From IMG/VR virus record IMGVR_UViG_3300028735_000004, positions 179,942-243,941 of that record: a stretch of 64,000 nt of DNA. One strand, written 5' to 3'. Below the pieces are notes generated by a model. It was given only the letters and a program-made list of their open reading frames with translations, was not told the origin of the DNA and made no database searches. Below, piece after piece: positions 19,870 to 29,914 of this stretch. The position numbers and the translations under genes are program-made. Positions within the stretch are counted from its first letter, which is position 1. Every line of letters starts with the position of its first letter. This DNA comes from a virus. Lineage: Duplodnaviria > Caudoviricetes.

Positions 19870-22800
19870 TTATATATCATTATTTTCGTTATCTAAATCA
19901 ATTAAACCTATATCAAATAATTCGTCTTCCAAATTTTCTATTAAATTATCTAAACTTGCATCATCTTTTTTAATTTTAGATATTTTCATTTCTACTTGTT
20001 TAGATTTTAAATCTTTAGGTAAAGATGGTTTAGGAGAGATATCATATAATGTATCTAAAATTAATCCGGTTTCTTCTTCATAAATATTTACCGTGGCGGA
20101 AAAATGAATAGATATACCTTCACTAAATGTATATTTATTTTTATATAAATCTCTAATTCTATTTTTAACTTCTTTTAATTTATCAGGAAAAATTGTTAAA
20201 GTAGCTACATTATTTTTTTCATCTTCAATTAAAACTTTTAACATAGGCTCTCCAAAAAACTTACTGCCTTGTTTTTTTACTTTAAATTCAAAAATATCTT
20301 TAACTTCCGCTTTAATCGAAGGTATTTGGGTTTTGTTAGGCGCCTTATTAATAAATGATAAATTTAAATATTTACCTGTCTTATAAAAACTGCCGAAAGC
20401 ATCTGTTTTTGTATAAGAAAAACTTTCACCAAGATAATTCTTTTCCAAAGCAAAAATTTCAGATGGAGTCCATTCATTAACATCATTTGGCCAAGGATAC
20501 TTAAATTCTTCAGTATCAGGATTATGAGATTTTAACCAATTTTGCATTTTTTTTCTGTAATCAGAACAATACAAATAAATTGCTTTTCTTGATAAACCAA
20601 AGTCGTCTAAACATCCAGATGCGGCTAAAGCTTGAATAGCATTAGATCTTATTTTCGAAGAATCTATTCTATACATAAAATCAAAGAAATTTTTAAATGG
20701 TCTTTTTTCAACTAATTCCTTAACAGCATCATCTCCAACAAATTTTAAAGAATCTAATCCTGTTAATAAAGTATTATTATCTACCAATGTATAAACCATA
20801 TCAGATTTATTAATGTCTGGAGGTAATATTTTTACTTTATATTTTCTTAATTCATTTTTAATGGCATCTATGTTCTTGGCAGCAACTTTTTTATTAACTG
20901 ATTTAACTTCTGACATTAAATTTGCTAATAAAAACTCAATTGGATAATGAGCTTTTAAGTAGGCAGTGTGATATGAAATCATAGAATAAAGAACAGAGTG
21001 AGATAAATTAAAACCATAACCAGAAAATCCAGCGATAACATCATCCCAGATTTTTATTGCAATATTTTTTGGTATATTATTTTTAACCGCATCTTCTATA
21101 AATTCATCTCTCCACTGTAAAACTTTTTTTGGATTTTTGCCTTTTTCTTTAGTTAATTTTCTCAAACGATCTGCAGAGTGTAAATTCCATCCTGCAACAT
21201 CTTGAGCCAAAAACATTAAGCTTTCTTCATATAATCCGAAACCATATGTAAAACCAAATGCTCTTTTTAATGAAGGGTGCAACAATTCAACCGGTTTTTT
21301 ACCTTCTTTAGTTTCGATAAATGATTGTCTAATATTTTTGGCTGCTGGACGAGCCAAAGAGTTAATGTGGCTTATATCATCAATAGATTTTGGTTTAACT
21401 TTTTTACAAAGATCCATTGTACCGGCGCTGGTTCCCAGCTGAAAAACGCATAAAGTTTCTCCTCTTGAAATTAAATCATATGTTGCTTTATCATCTAACG
21501 GTGGATCTAAGGGAGGAGTTTCATTTTTATATTTTTTTATTAAATCATATGTAGTGTTAATAATATTTAATGTTTCTAAGCCAAGTGTATCAATCTTAAC
21601 TAAACCATTTTCTTCTGCATCGATTTTATCAAACTGAATTGCAACAGATCCGTCCTTATCTTTTCTAATCGGTACAATTTCGTGCAATGGTCTTTTAGAA
21701 ACTATCAACCCAGCAGCGTGAGTTGCCCAAGCCCGATATTTACCATTAATTTTAGAAAATCTCTTAATTTGAGGATATCTTTTTGCATATTCAGCGAATA
21801 AAGGAGCTTTTTCTAATAAAGATGAAATGTCATCTTCTTTCATTTCTTTAGGAATACTATCAGCAATATCATTTCCTAATTTAACCGCATCTTGCCTGGA
21901 CCCACCTAATTCACAAGCTCTTGAAACATCTCTTGCATATACTTTAGGGGTTATAGTATTAATATTGGATACGTGAGCAACACATTCTTCACCGTATTTG
22001 TTTCTAATATAATTTTGAACCTTATCTCTTCCAACTGGATCGAAATCTAAATCGATATCGGGAAAACTTGTTTTCTCTTTATTATGAAATCTTGCGAAAA
22101 TTAAATTATAAATAATGGGATCGGCTTTGTGAATTCCTAATAAATAAGCAACTAAAGATCCTCCAACGCTATTATGAACAACTCCATTTATAGTTAAATA
22201 ACTGTGATCTTTATCTACGGTAATATCGTATACAAATTGATCTTTACAAGATTTAATATCATTAACTACACAATAATATCCATTATTAAATTGCCTATGA
22301 GCCAATTTAACTGTATTAAAATTAATAAATTTTATTGTATATGCAGGTGATGTAATCTTACCATTTCTTTTAGGCTCTTTTTCAACATATACCGTTGCTT
22401 TAATATTCAATAAAGTTAATGCTTCTTTTATCTCTAAAGATAATCTTTGACTTGTCGTCTTAATAACAACATTATCATCAAATGCATAACCATCAGAATC
22501 AATTAGGCCTTGTAATAAAATCATTAATTGATTTTTACTTAATTTTCTAAAAAAATTAGGTAAATGTTTTGTTTGTGATGATCTTTGATAATCATTAAAA
22601 ATTTTACGAAATAAATTAGATATTATTGAGCCAGAGACTGTTATTGAGGTGCAGTTATACTTATCTGTTCTAATCCTCGGATTAAATCCCAATGACATCA
22701 AATATTTTTTGATTTTATTAATTCCATCGAGATCTTCTTTATGAAAAGCAATATTTATACCATTGTTTCCACTTTGGTAGCTACCATCTCCAACCCATCT

Positions 22801-24705
22801 TCCTAATAAATAAAGAAAGTCATCATTTAATTTGATAAATCTATTTATTTCATAATTTGAATATTTAGGTTGTTTTCTCCATTTGGTAATAGAGATATTT
22901 TTAGTTGATAAATAACTATTTATTTTTTTATACTGTTCAGTTTTTGACGATAATTTATTATGATATACTTTTCTTACCACCTCAAAAGATAATTGAGTAT
23001 TATTGGATATTTCTCTAAAAGAAACTTGTTTATTTTTACTGGTATTAATGACAATAGTATTTGATTTTACCTCATTTATTTTAGTAAACTTTGATAAATC
23101 AAATATTTTTTGATAATCTTTTTTACAATAATTTGGAAAAGTATGATAAATAAAATCTCCTTTACTCAAATCTTTAGCTCTTATCCAAGATGGCTCTGAA
23201 TAAACAATTTTTGACAATTTAACTTTTTTAGTTTTATTACCATAATGATAATTTTTATAATAATAGTCTTTAGTTTGCTTGCAAGCAAATACTTTATGAT
23301 CGGAAGTCATTTTCAATGTTCCTAAAGAATTAGATATTTTAAACTCTAATAATTCTTCATTAGAAACATCAAATTTAAAAGTATTTAATACTTTCTTTAG
23401 TTTTCCAGTATGTGTATATACGCTATCTCCTACTTCAATTTCCGATAGATTTTTATATCCACAAGAAGTTAATACTTGCGTATCTCCTGTTAGGCATCCT
23501 CTTCCTGGACCAACTAATACGCCATTATCTTTAGCCCAATTAACATAATCGGAAACCATCAACATATAACTGGAAAAATCGTGATATTCTAAAACATCAA
23601 ACTCTTCATCTAATCTTTCCAAATATTTTTTATGTTTATCCTTTGGTATTTTATTTACAAGTTCCTGCAAGCAAAGAAATCTTAAATAAGACTGATCTTC
23701 TGGAAGTTTTTGAATTTTATCATCTTGATTTTTCTTCCATTCTAAATATTCTGGATATTTTTTTTCATCTTTAATAGGAAAAATTGGAAGTTCTTTACCA
23801 GAAGGATTAGTAAATTTAGGATCTACCCAATCTGGATTTTCGCACATATTGGCAAAATCAACACTATTTTTACAAATTTCTTCAGCAAAATCTTCACCAT
23901 AATTACGGGCAAAAAATGTTTTTACCTCTTCATAAGATTTTAAATAAAAATCTGGAACATTATATCTTAACCTTGCATTAGAATAATATGGCTGCATAGA
24001 TCCTATTGCGAGAAAAATATCGTGTACCTCAGCATCATTTTTTTCTAAATAATGAGCATTACAAGTTGGAACAACTTTAATATTTATTTTTTTTGCCAAT
24101 CTAATTGTATGATAATTAGTAAATATTTGATTTACTTGAGTGTAATAATAAGTTGCATTTCTATTCAAAGCATTAGGTTGAACCTCAGCTCCAAGGTTAT
24201 CTCCGAATATAGATTTTAATCTAACTAAATCTTGTTCTGCTTGATCGAAATTTTTTAAATTAATATTTTGACCGATTATACCTAAACCACAACCTGTTAA
24301 ACAAATTAATCCTTCGCTATATTTTTCTAAAAATTCCCAATCGATTACTGGTATAATTTTTTTGGTTAATTTTATAGCGTAATCAAAACTTTGTTTAGTT
24401 AATAGCAATAAATTCTGATACCCTTTTAAATTTTTGGCTATTAAAACAATTGATCTTAATTTTATATTATCATTAAGTAATGATATGCTTGGAACAAAAT
24501 TAAATTCAGAACCTACTATAAGTTTAACTCCAGTATCTTTATATGCTTTATACGCTTCCCATACTCCCGCTAATGTTGAATGATCGGTAATTGCTATAGC
24601 GGATTGATTTAATTCTTTTGCTTTTAATAGAAGTTCTTGAGGAGTTGGTAAAGCATCAAGAATTGAAAAATGAGTTTGATTATGCAGGCTTATGAATTTA
24701 TCCAT
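19870..24705 (-). CDS. dnaE: DNA polymerase III alpha subunit (family C, PHP domain), intein-containing
   Basis: PHP motifs (HNQTHFSILD, ITDHS), GPGRG|SVGGSLVAYLLGI, FPDIDLDF, HAAGLIV, VKIDTLGL, YGFNLSHS and an OB fold. Confidence 0.96.
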   Translation of the reverse strand: MDKFISLHNQTHFSILDALPTPQELLLKAKELNQSAIAITDHSTLAGVWEAYKAYKDTGVKLIVGSEFNFVPSISLLNDNIKLRSIVLIAKNLKGYQNLLLLTKQSFDYAIKLTKKIIPVIDWEFLEKYSEGLICLTGCGLGIIGQNINLKNFDQAEQDLVRLKSIFGDNLGAEVQPNALNRNATYYYTQVNQIFTNYHTIRLAKKINIKVVPTCNAHYLEKNDAEVHDIFLAIGSMQPYYSNARLRYNVPDFYLKSYEEVKTFFARNYGEDFAEEICKNSVDFANMCENPDWVDPKFTNPSGKELPIFPIKDEKKYPEYLEWKKNQDDKIQKLPEDQSYLRFLCLQELVNKIPKDKHKKYLERLDEEFDVLEYHDFSSYMLMVSDYVNWAKDNGVLVGPGRGCLTGDTQVLTSCGYKNLSEIEVGDSVYTHTGKLKKVLNTFKFDVSNEELLEFKISNSLGTLKMTSDHKVFACKQTKDYYYKNYHYGNKTKKVKLSKIVYSEPSWIRAKDLSKGDFIYHTFPNYCKKDYQKIFDLSKFTKINEVKSNTIVINTSKNKQVSFREISNNTQLSFEVVRKVYHNKLSSKTEQYKKINSYLSTKNISITKWRKQPKYSNYEINRFIKLNDDFLYLLGRWVGDGSYQSGNNGINIAFHKEDLDGINKIKKYLMSLGFNPRIRTDKYNCTSITVSGSIISNLFRKIFNDYQRSSQTKHLPNFFRKLSKNQLMILLQGLIDSDGYAFDDNVVIKTTSQRLSLEIKEALTLLNIKATVYVEKEPKRNGKITSPAYTIKFINFNTVKLAHRQFNNGYYCVVNDIKSCKDQFVYDITVDKDHSYLTINGVVHNSVGGSLVAYLLGIHKADPIIYNLIFARFHNKEKTSFPDIDLDFDPVGRDKVQNYIRNKYGEECVAHVSNINTITPKVYARDVSRACELGGSRQDAVKLGNDIADSIPKEMKEDDISSLLEKAPLFAEYAKRYPQIKRFSKINGKYRAWATHAAGLIVSKRPLHEIVPIRKDKDGSVAIQFDKIDAEENGLVKIDTLGLETLNIINTTYDLIKKYKNETPPLDPPLDDKATYDLISRGETLCVFQLGTSAGTMDLCKKVKPKSIDDISHINSLARPAAKNIRQSFIETKEGKKPVELLHPSLKRAFGFTYGFGLYEESLMFLAQDVAGWNLHSADRLRKLTKEKGKNPKKVLQWRDEFIEDAVKNNIPKNIAIKIWDDVIAGFSGYGFNLSHSVLYSMISYHTAYLKAHYPIEFLLANLMSEVKSVNKKVAAKNIDAIKNELRKYKVKILPPDINKSDMVYTLVDNNTLLTGLDSLKFVGDDAVKELVEKRPFKNFFDFMYRIDSSKIRSNAIQALAASGCLDDFGLSRKAIYLYCSDYRKKMQNWLKSHNPDTEEFKYPWPNDVNEWTPSEIFALEKNYLGESFSYTKTDAFGSFYKTGKYLNLSFINKAPNKTQIPSIKAEVKDIFEFKVKKQGSKFFGEPMLKVLIEDEKNNVATLTIFPDKLKEVKNRIRDLYKNKYTFSEGISIHFSATVNIYEEETGLILDTLYDISPKPSLPKDLKSKQVEMKISKIKKDDASLDNLIENLEDELFDIGLIDLDNENNDI
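22171..23496 (-). mobile_element. Intein (442 aa) with a LAGLIDADG homing endonuclease in dnaE
   Basis: Begins CLTGDTQV after GPGRG and ends VVHN before Ser+1. Internal LLGRWVGDGS and LLQGLIDSDG motifs. Confidence 0.95.
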
Positions 24706-25309
24706 TAATTTTACCGTATAAAGATTTTATTTTTTTAAACTTGTCTTTCCAAAATTCTTTTTCTTTAGATTTGTTGCACAATAAATATTTTATTTCATTA
24801 TACTCTATATATTTTCTATTATAAAGAAAATGCGATAACAATTTAACCGTCTCCCAATGTTCAGTCAATATTTTTTTAGTTTCATCTTGCATTTCTTTTT
24901 TAAACGCAAATCTTTCTGGACCAGGATCTGCTAAACTGTATTTAGAAATTAAACCAGATATTATTTGAATATCATTAAAGGATCCTTCTTTTAAATGCAT
25001 AGGAAATTTGTCAGATCCGCAAATATCTTTATAATAAATTTTCTCAGCAATTAATCCCGCATATAAAAACTGTATTTCTGATTTAACAAACTTTTTAACA
25101 TTTCTGTCTTCTTTTAAATCATCTAAATCCAACAATTCATATACGGTTTCGTACCTTGTTTCGCCAAGATCACTTGCTATAGGAATAATAGAAGCGGACA
25201 TTACTTTAATACAATTATGAATTGCACAAATTACATGTCCGCTTTCGTGATAACATAACGCTATTATCCTATAATCATTTGCTTGTTTTTTATTTATACT
25301 GTTGGACAT
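24698..25309 (-). CDS. Stand-alone peptidase M41 (FtsH protease domain-like) protein
   Basis: HESGH zinc motif, YAGLIAE and GSFND; no AAA+ or TM region. Confidence 0.7.
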   Translation of the reverse strand: MSNSINKKQANDYRIIALCYHESGHVICAIHNCIKVMSASIIPIASDLGETRYETVYELLDLDDLKEDRNVKKFVKSEIQFLYAGLIAEKIYYKDICGSDKFPMHLKEGSFNDIQIISGLISKYSLADPGPERFAFKKEMQDETKKILTEHWETVKLLSHFLYNRKYIEYNEIKYLLCNKSKEKEFWKDKFKKIKSLYGKING

Positions 25310-25574
25310 TACTAATAAATATTTTTTCTATACTATCTAACTCTTCATTACAAGAAGAATTTTTACATTTTATTTGTAATTTATTAGATCCGAATGGGCA
25401 AATGGCAATTACTCCATTATTTTCTATATAAAAGAAACCTGATTTAATATATGAAGAATTTGTGATATAATTATTATTAATAAAATAATCTATATATTCT
25501 TTTAATATTGGAAAATCAGTTTCTATATAGATATTTTTTTTACCGCAGCAGGCTTCTGAACTAATTCTCTTCAC
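25290..25574 (-). CDS. Hypothetical protein
   Basis: 94-aa ORF in the operon. Confidence 0.6.
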   Translation of the reverse strand: MKRISSEACCGKKNIYIETDFPILKEYIDYFINNNYITNSSYIKSGFFYIENNGVIAICPFGSNKLQIKCKNSSCNEELDSIEKIFISNVQQYK

Positions 25575-25858
25575 ATCTTAACTCCCCTACTTTCTAATAC
25601 ATACATACAATATTTAATTTTAGCATTAGCGGTAGCTTTGGCCTCTCTGTATGCTGCACCAAGCTCTTTTAAACTTTCTCTTGCTGCTTTTAATTTTTCA
25701 TCAGCTTCTTTCTCTTTATCAATTTCATAAATATGACCTTCTGATTCTAAGATTTTTTTCTTAATATCTTCGGTATCAGAGGCCATCATAGCGTCAGCAA
25801 AACCTTCTGGTAATTTTTTTAATACTTTATCACTAATCATTTTGTCCTCATTAATCAA
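25571..25858 (-). CDS. Hypothetical coiled-coil protein
   Basis: 95-aa helical ORF. Confidence 0.65.
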   Translation of the reverse strand: MINEDKMISDKVLKKLPEGFADAMMASDTEDIKKKILESEGHIYEIDKEKEADEKLKAARESLKELGAAYREAKATANAKIKYCMYVLESRGVKM

Positions 25859-27104
25859 TAATTGTTGAATTTTTTCTTATAAAATCAAATACATATTCAT
25901 CTTTTACTCGTGAAAGTAAAATCATAAGTTGATTATTTTTATGCAATTGCTCTAAAATTTGATCTGGATTTTGATCTGGAACTTGTTTTTGAAAATTAGT
26001 TTTAGCTAAATTAATAGTTTCTTCATCAGTTAATTGTGCTTCTGGTTCATTTTCTCTTATTTTAGATAAGATTAAAGAAATCTTAATATTATCAAGAATA
26101 GATTGGACTATTAAGTCTTTATTTTCTTGCTCCAAAGATTCTAAGTCTAAGTTATTTTGCTTTGCAAACATTTGTAATTGACTTGAAACTATCCAAGATG
26201 GCAATTCAAATGAATGATTCTCTAATAATTTAGAAGTAATTTGTTTTGTGTAGGCATCAAATTCATTTTTTTGATATCTATTTGATGCGTATGTAAATAT
26301 TTGATTATGTAAATCCTGATATGTATCAAATCCAAATAATTTAGCAAAATCATCATCTAATGCCGATAGAATTATTTTACTTCCATTGACAAATTTAACT
26401 TTAAATTCTAAAGTCTTACCGGCATATTTAAAATTATCATTTTCTTCGAAAGATAAAACAAATTCTCTTTCTTCTCCTAATTTCATACCAAATAAATTAG
26501 AATCTAAACCTTTAATTTGAGATTTACCAACTGTAATCAAATCTCCTTGAACATTTAAATCTTCAAGTAAAGATCCATCAAGATAAGCCTGATAATCAAT
26601 TATTACTTGATCGCCTTCTTGAATAAAATCATTTTCATCAAATGCTTTTACATTTGCATATTTAATTCTCAGATCTTGAATTGATTTTTCAGTCATTTCC
26701 TCTGGAGTCTCTAAATATGGTTTAGATAAAGTTAAACCTTTATATTGATTTAACTCAAAATCTGGCAAAGTAAATAAAGTAAATTTACAAGAAAAAGAAG
26801 TATCAGAAAAATTTACTTCCTTAACTAAAGGAGATCCAAAAGGTTTTATATTTTTTTCAGATATAACTATATTGTATGCTTCATTTAATAATGACTGTTC
26901 GACCTGTTTATTTACTTGTTTCTTAAAATAATTTAAATAAACTTCATCAGTTGCTTTACCTTTTCTAAAACCAGGTATAGTAAAATTTCTTAAATTAGGT
27001 AAAATATCATTAATTATTTCTTGTTTTTTATTAAGAAAATCTTGATCTCCGATAAAAAATACATCATATTTGCATTTTTCTAATTCATTTAATTCAATTT
27101 GCAT
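25851..27104 (-). CDS. tig: Trigger factor
   Basis: Ribosome-binding loop IPGFRKGK, FKBP-like domain (GDQVIIDY...GMKLGEERE) and C-terminal chaperone domain; 417 aa. Confidence 0.9.
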   Translation of the reverse strand: MQIELNELEKCKYDVFFIGDQDFLNKKQEIINDILPNLRNFTIPGFRKGKATDEVYLNYFKKQVNKQVEQSLLNEAYNIVISEKNIKPFGSPLVKEVNFSDTSFSCKFTLFTLPDFELNQYKGLTLSKPYLETPEEMTEKSIQDLRIKYANVKAFDENDFIQEGDQVIIDYQAYLDGSLLEDLNVQGDLITVGKSQIKGLDSNLFGMKLGEEREFVLSFEENDNFKYAGKTLEFKVKFVNGSKIILSALDDDFAKLFGFDTYQDLHNQIFTYASNRYQKNEFDAYTKQITSKLLENHSFELPSWIVSSQLQMFAKQNNLDLESLEQENKDLIVQSILDNIKISLILSKIRENEPEAQLTDEETINLAKTNFQKQVPDQNPDQILEQLHKNNQLMILLSRVKDEYVFDFIRKNSTIID

Positions 27105-27107
27105 AAT

Positions 27108-27923
27108 TCACCACTCTATCTTTCCGTAAATCATATTTTTTTGATCTTGGTTTAAAAACTTTTTCCCCGTCATACATACATCTAAAAAATCACAATATTT
27201 GCATAATATGGATGGATTAGGTCTCCATAACTCTTCTGTGTTTATATCAGAGGCGTATTTTATGTAAATATCACCTATATTAATAATATCTTTTCTTGTA
27301 TATTCTTTAGTAAAATACTGAAAATTATGCCTCAATAAAATATAAGAGGTTCTAATATTTTGTATAGAAGGATCTTCCATCATCAAAACATAAGCGTATG
27401 TTTGTAATTGTAAAAAATCATCTTTTAGATATTTTTTATTTTTAATTGTCTTATAATCACATACATGTACAACATTATCGTCATCTATCTGAACTTTGTC
27501 AATCATTCCGGTTAAAATAACATTATCAGCCAATTTTAATTCAAATTTTTTTTCTACTGAAATAACATTATCTACTTCTTTTCTATTTAAAGAAATTCTT
27601 TTCAAATAAGCACCGATTATATTTCGTGCTTCTTTTTTAGACTCTATGCTTAATTTATTTTTAAACTCTTGATATGCGGCTTTATAAACTTTAGCCATCG
27701 TTTTAGCAAACGGCTCTTGACTTTTATTTATATATTCCTGATGAAAATCCTCAAGTATTTTATGAACAAATTGGCCAAGTGCGTGATGTTCCCAATCTTT
27801 TTTAGGTAATTTCTCTATATAATTGTATCTATATTGAGCTTTACAGCCATCAAAAGTTTTAACTTTTGAGCAAGATAATTTTATTAATTGGTGATTATTA
27901 AATAAATTTAATTGATTGTTCAT
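27108..27923 (-). CDS. PD-(D/E)XK nuclease, RecB/AddB/Cas4-like, with a putative Fe-S Cys set
   Basis: LSCSKVKTFDGC, GMIDKV, DYKT, QLQTYA and CKYCDFLDVC. Confidence 0.85.
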   Translation of the reverse strand: MNNQLNLFNNHQLIKLSCSKVKTFDGCKAQYRYNYIEKLPKKDWEHHALGQFVHKILEDFHQEYINKSQEPFAKTMAKVYKAAYQEFKNKLSIESKKEARNIIGAYLKRISLNRKEVDNVISVEKKFELKLADNVILTGMIDKVQIDDDNVVHVCDYKTIKNKKYLKDDFLQLQTYAYVLMMEDPSIQNIRTSYILLRHNFQYFTKEYTRKDIINIGDIYIKYASDINTEELWRPNPSILCKYCDFLDVCMTGKKFLNQDQKNMIYGKIEW

Positions 27924-27968
27924 TTACTAATGAACTATAACTTCAGTTGCACTTATTTAATTTCTTAA

Positions 27969-28964
27969 TTAAGTTAATACTCTTCGCATAAATGGTATCC
28001 AAGGAAAAACTTTACCCTGCGATCCTTGTTGTCTTGGAAAAACCATATTGTATAATGGACCAGGTTCTTTTCCGTTTGGTTCATATGTAGCTTTTGATAT
28101 AATCCATCTACAATTTGTATTATCGTAATAATAATAAGTAATTTGATTTGTTCTGGGATCATAGTGTTGCCTTAATAAAGAACCACCTCCGGCTCCCATT
28201 TCATCTGCTGTCGTATAATTAAATACACCATCTCTTATTAATTCTTTATTTTCTAAAGTAAAATTTTGTCTATTAATAATTGGTGGATTAGTTTTATCCT
28301 CTAAAGATGCATCTTGATAAATAACAAGGGCTTTAGGATCAAATAATTTATCAGATGTATCAGAACTTTCTGTTCTATATTCTTCTGGATATCTGGAACC
28401 AGTTATATCTGCTTTAAAAGGTATATTTCCTATTTCTGGCTCACCTAAATTATTAGTTTGACTTGGTATTATATCGTAATTTTCTAAAGATATTGGTTTA
28501 TTGGTAAATATTGCTTGATTGCCATCTGCATCAAATCCATTTGGTTCAGATGGTAAATTAGGATCTAATACCGTAATTCCTGCTTTTGAAGGATTTAGAT
28601 ATATTCCTTGGGGTTGAGGCGCATTTGTTCCAAATGGAAAAAGACTTATATTATTATTTATATTAACTGGAGAAACTGGAGAGCCGGGTAATCTCGTATT
28701 ATCTATAATATTTGTTTTATATTCATTAGTTATAACCGCAGAGTTGTCCGTGCCATTTGTTGCAAAAATCTTTAAAATTACTTCCAAAGGTCCTACTGGC
28801 AAATAAATTGGACCTGTATATACATCGGACATAGTTGTTGGAATACTGCCGTCTAATGTATAGAAAATAGTTGCTGGAACATTAGCCTCAATAGAAATTG
28901 TTCTCGGTATTCCGGATATAATTTGTTCTTCAGATTCACTTATTGTTAAGCTTATTGCTGCCAT
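27969..28964 (-). CDS. Protein with an FN3-associated (chitobiase C-terminal-like) domain, possibly virion
   Basis: ATIFYTLDGSIPT...YTGPI motif. Confidence 0.65.
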   Translation of the reverse strand: MAAISLTISESEEQIISGIPRTISIEANVPATIFYTLDGSIPTTMSDVYTGPIYLPVGPLEVILKIFATNGTDNSAVITNEYKTNIIDNTRLPGSPVSPVNINNNISLFPFGTNAPQPQGIYLNPSKAGITVLDPNLPSEPNGFDADGNQAIFTNKPISLENYDIIPSQTNNLGEPEIGNIPFKADITGSRYPEEYRTESSDTSDKLFDPKALVIYQDASLEDKTNPPIINRQNFTLENKELIRDGVFNYTTADEMGAGGGSLLRQHYDPRTNQITYYYYDNTNCRWIISKATYEPNGKEPGPLYNMVFPRQQGSQGKVFPWIPFMRRVLT

Positions 28965-29265
28965 TTTCCACCAAATTTAAGAATTTAGTGCTCTTATCAA
29001 TTAAGTCGCTTTTAAACATTAATCTATGAACTTTATGAGCCGCTCTTCTAAATTCTTTAGCTAAATCTAAATAAACGCTATCGCCTTCTCTTCTGTATAA
29101 TTTTAGAAAATTATCATAGTATTCCATTAGATCTAAATCAGGTCTATACTTGTTATTTTCGACAATTTTTTCAAGAGAATGACTTATTAAAAATCTATAA
29201 AATTTATCCTTACCCATAGATGAGTATTTAGATATAAATATATTTTTAACATTATCAGGTATCAT
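28936..29265 (-). CDS. Hypothetical protein
   Basis: 109-aa ORF. Confidence 0.6.
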   Translation of the reverse strand: MIPDNVKNIFISKYSSMGKDKFYRFLISHSLEKIVENNKYRPDLDLMEYYDNFLKLYRREGDSVYLDLAKEFRRAAHKVHRLMFKSDLIDKSTKFLNLVENGSNKLNNK

Positions 29266-29296
29266 TTATTATAATTAGATGCCTTAATATGGATAA

Positions 29297-29911
29297 TTAA
29301 GTCGGTTCTATCTTAGCAACAATATTTTTAACTTTTAACCTCAATGAATCTAAATCAGAATCATTATTAATAATAAAATCAAAAAAATCATCTTTTATAA
29401 TATCTTGTGCAGTTTCGGTAGCATCATTAATTTCTATATTATCTTTCCTTTTAATTCTTATTAAATAAAAATAATTATTCTTCAACCACTCAGCCTCATT
29501 TTCAAATCTGCAATCAGTAATTATATATGCCGATTTTTTGTGGTAATTAGATTGTCCAAGAGTTTTTATCATTTTTTGAGTTTCTGATAATACTTTTTCT
29601 TCAATTTTATTAATCCATATATTTTTATTATATGATCTTCCAAGAGTTCCAAGATCTATTAAAAGTTGTCTATAAGTCAAAGGTTTGCCATTTTTATCAA
29701 ACAAATCATTATTTACCACCTTAGATCTTAATTGGCTTGATCCATATAAGCAATTTTTATCTACATTAGGTATCATTTGTTCTATCATTGATTTAATAGG
29801 ATTTGCAAATGCATCTATGTAATAACATAACGGATCAAGCTCCTCAATTAATAAATGAGCTAAAGTATTTTTTCCAGAATTCGCTTTACCTGATATTGCT
29901 ATTTTAAACAT
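29297..29911 (-). CDS. Deoxynucleoside monophosphate kinase
   Basis: IAISGKANSGKNT, FANPIK, RQLLIDLGT.GR, IITDCRFENE. Confidence 0.85.
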   Translation of the reverse strand: MFKIAISGKANSGKNTLAHLLIEELDPLCYYIDAFANPIKSMIEQMIPNVDKNCLYGSSQLRSKVVNNDLFDKNGKPLTYRQLLIDLGTLGRSYNKNIWINKIEEKVLSETQKMIKTLGQSNYHKKSAYIITDCRFENEAEWLKNNYFYLIRIKRKDNIEINDATETAQDIIKDDFFDFIINNDSDLDSLRLKVKNIVAKIEPT

Positions 29912-29914
29912 AAA

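Noticed and set aside
27108-27923. CRISPR-Cas system suggested by the Cas4-like nuclease
   Set aside because: No repeat-spacer array or other cas genes were seen; treated as a stand-alone PD-(D/E)XK nuclease.
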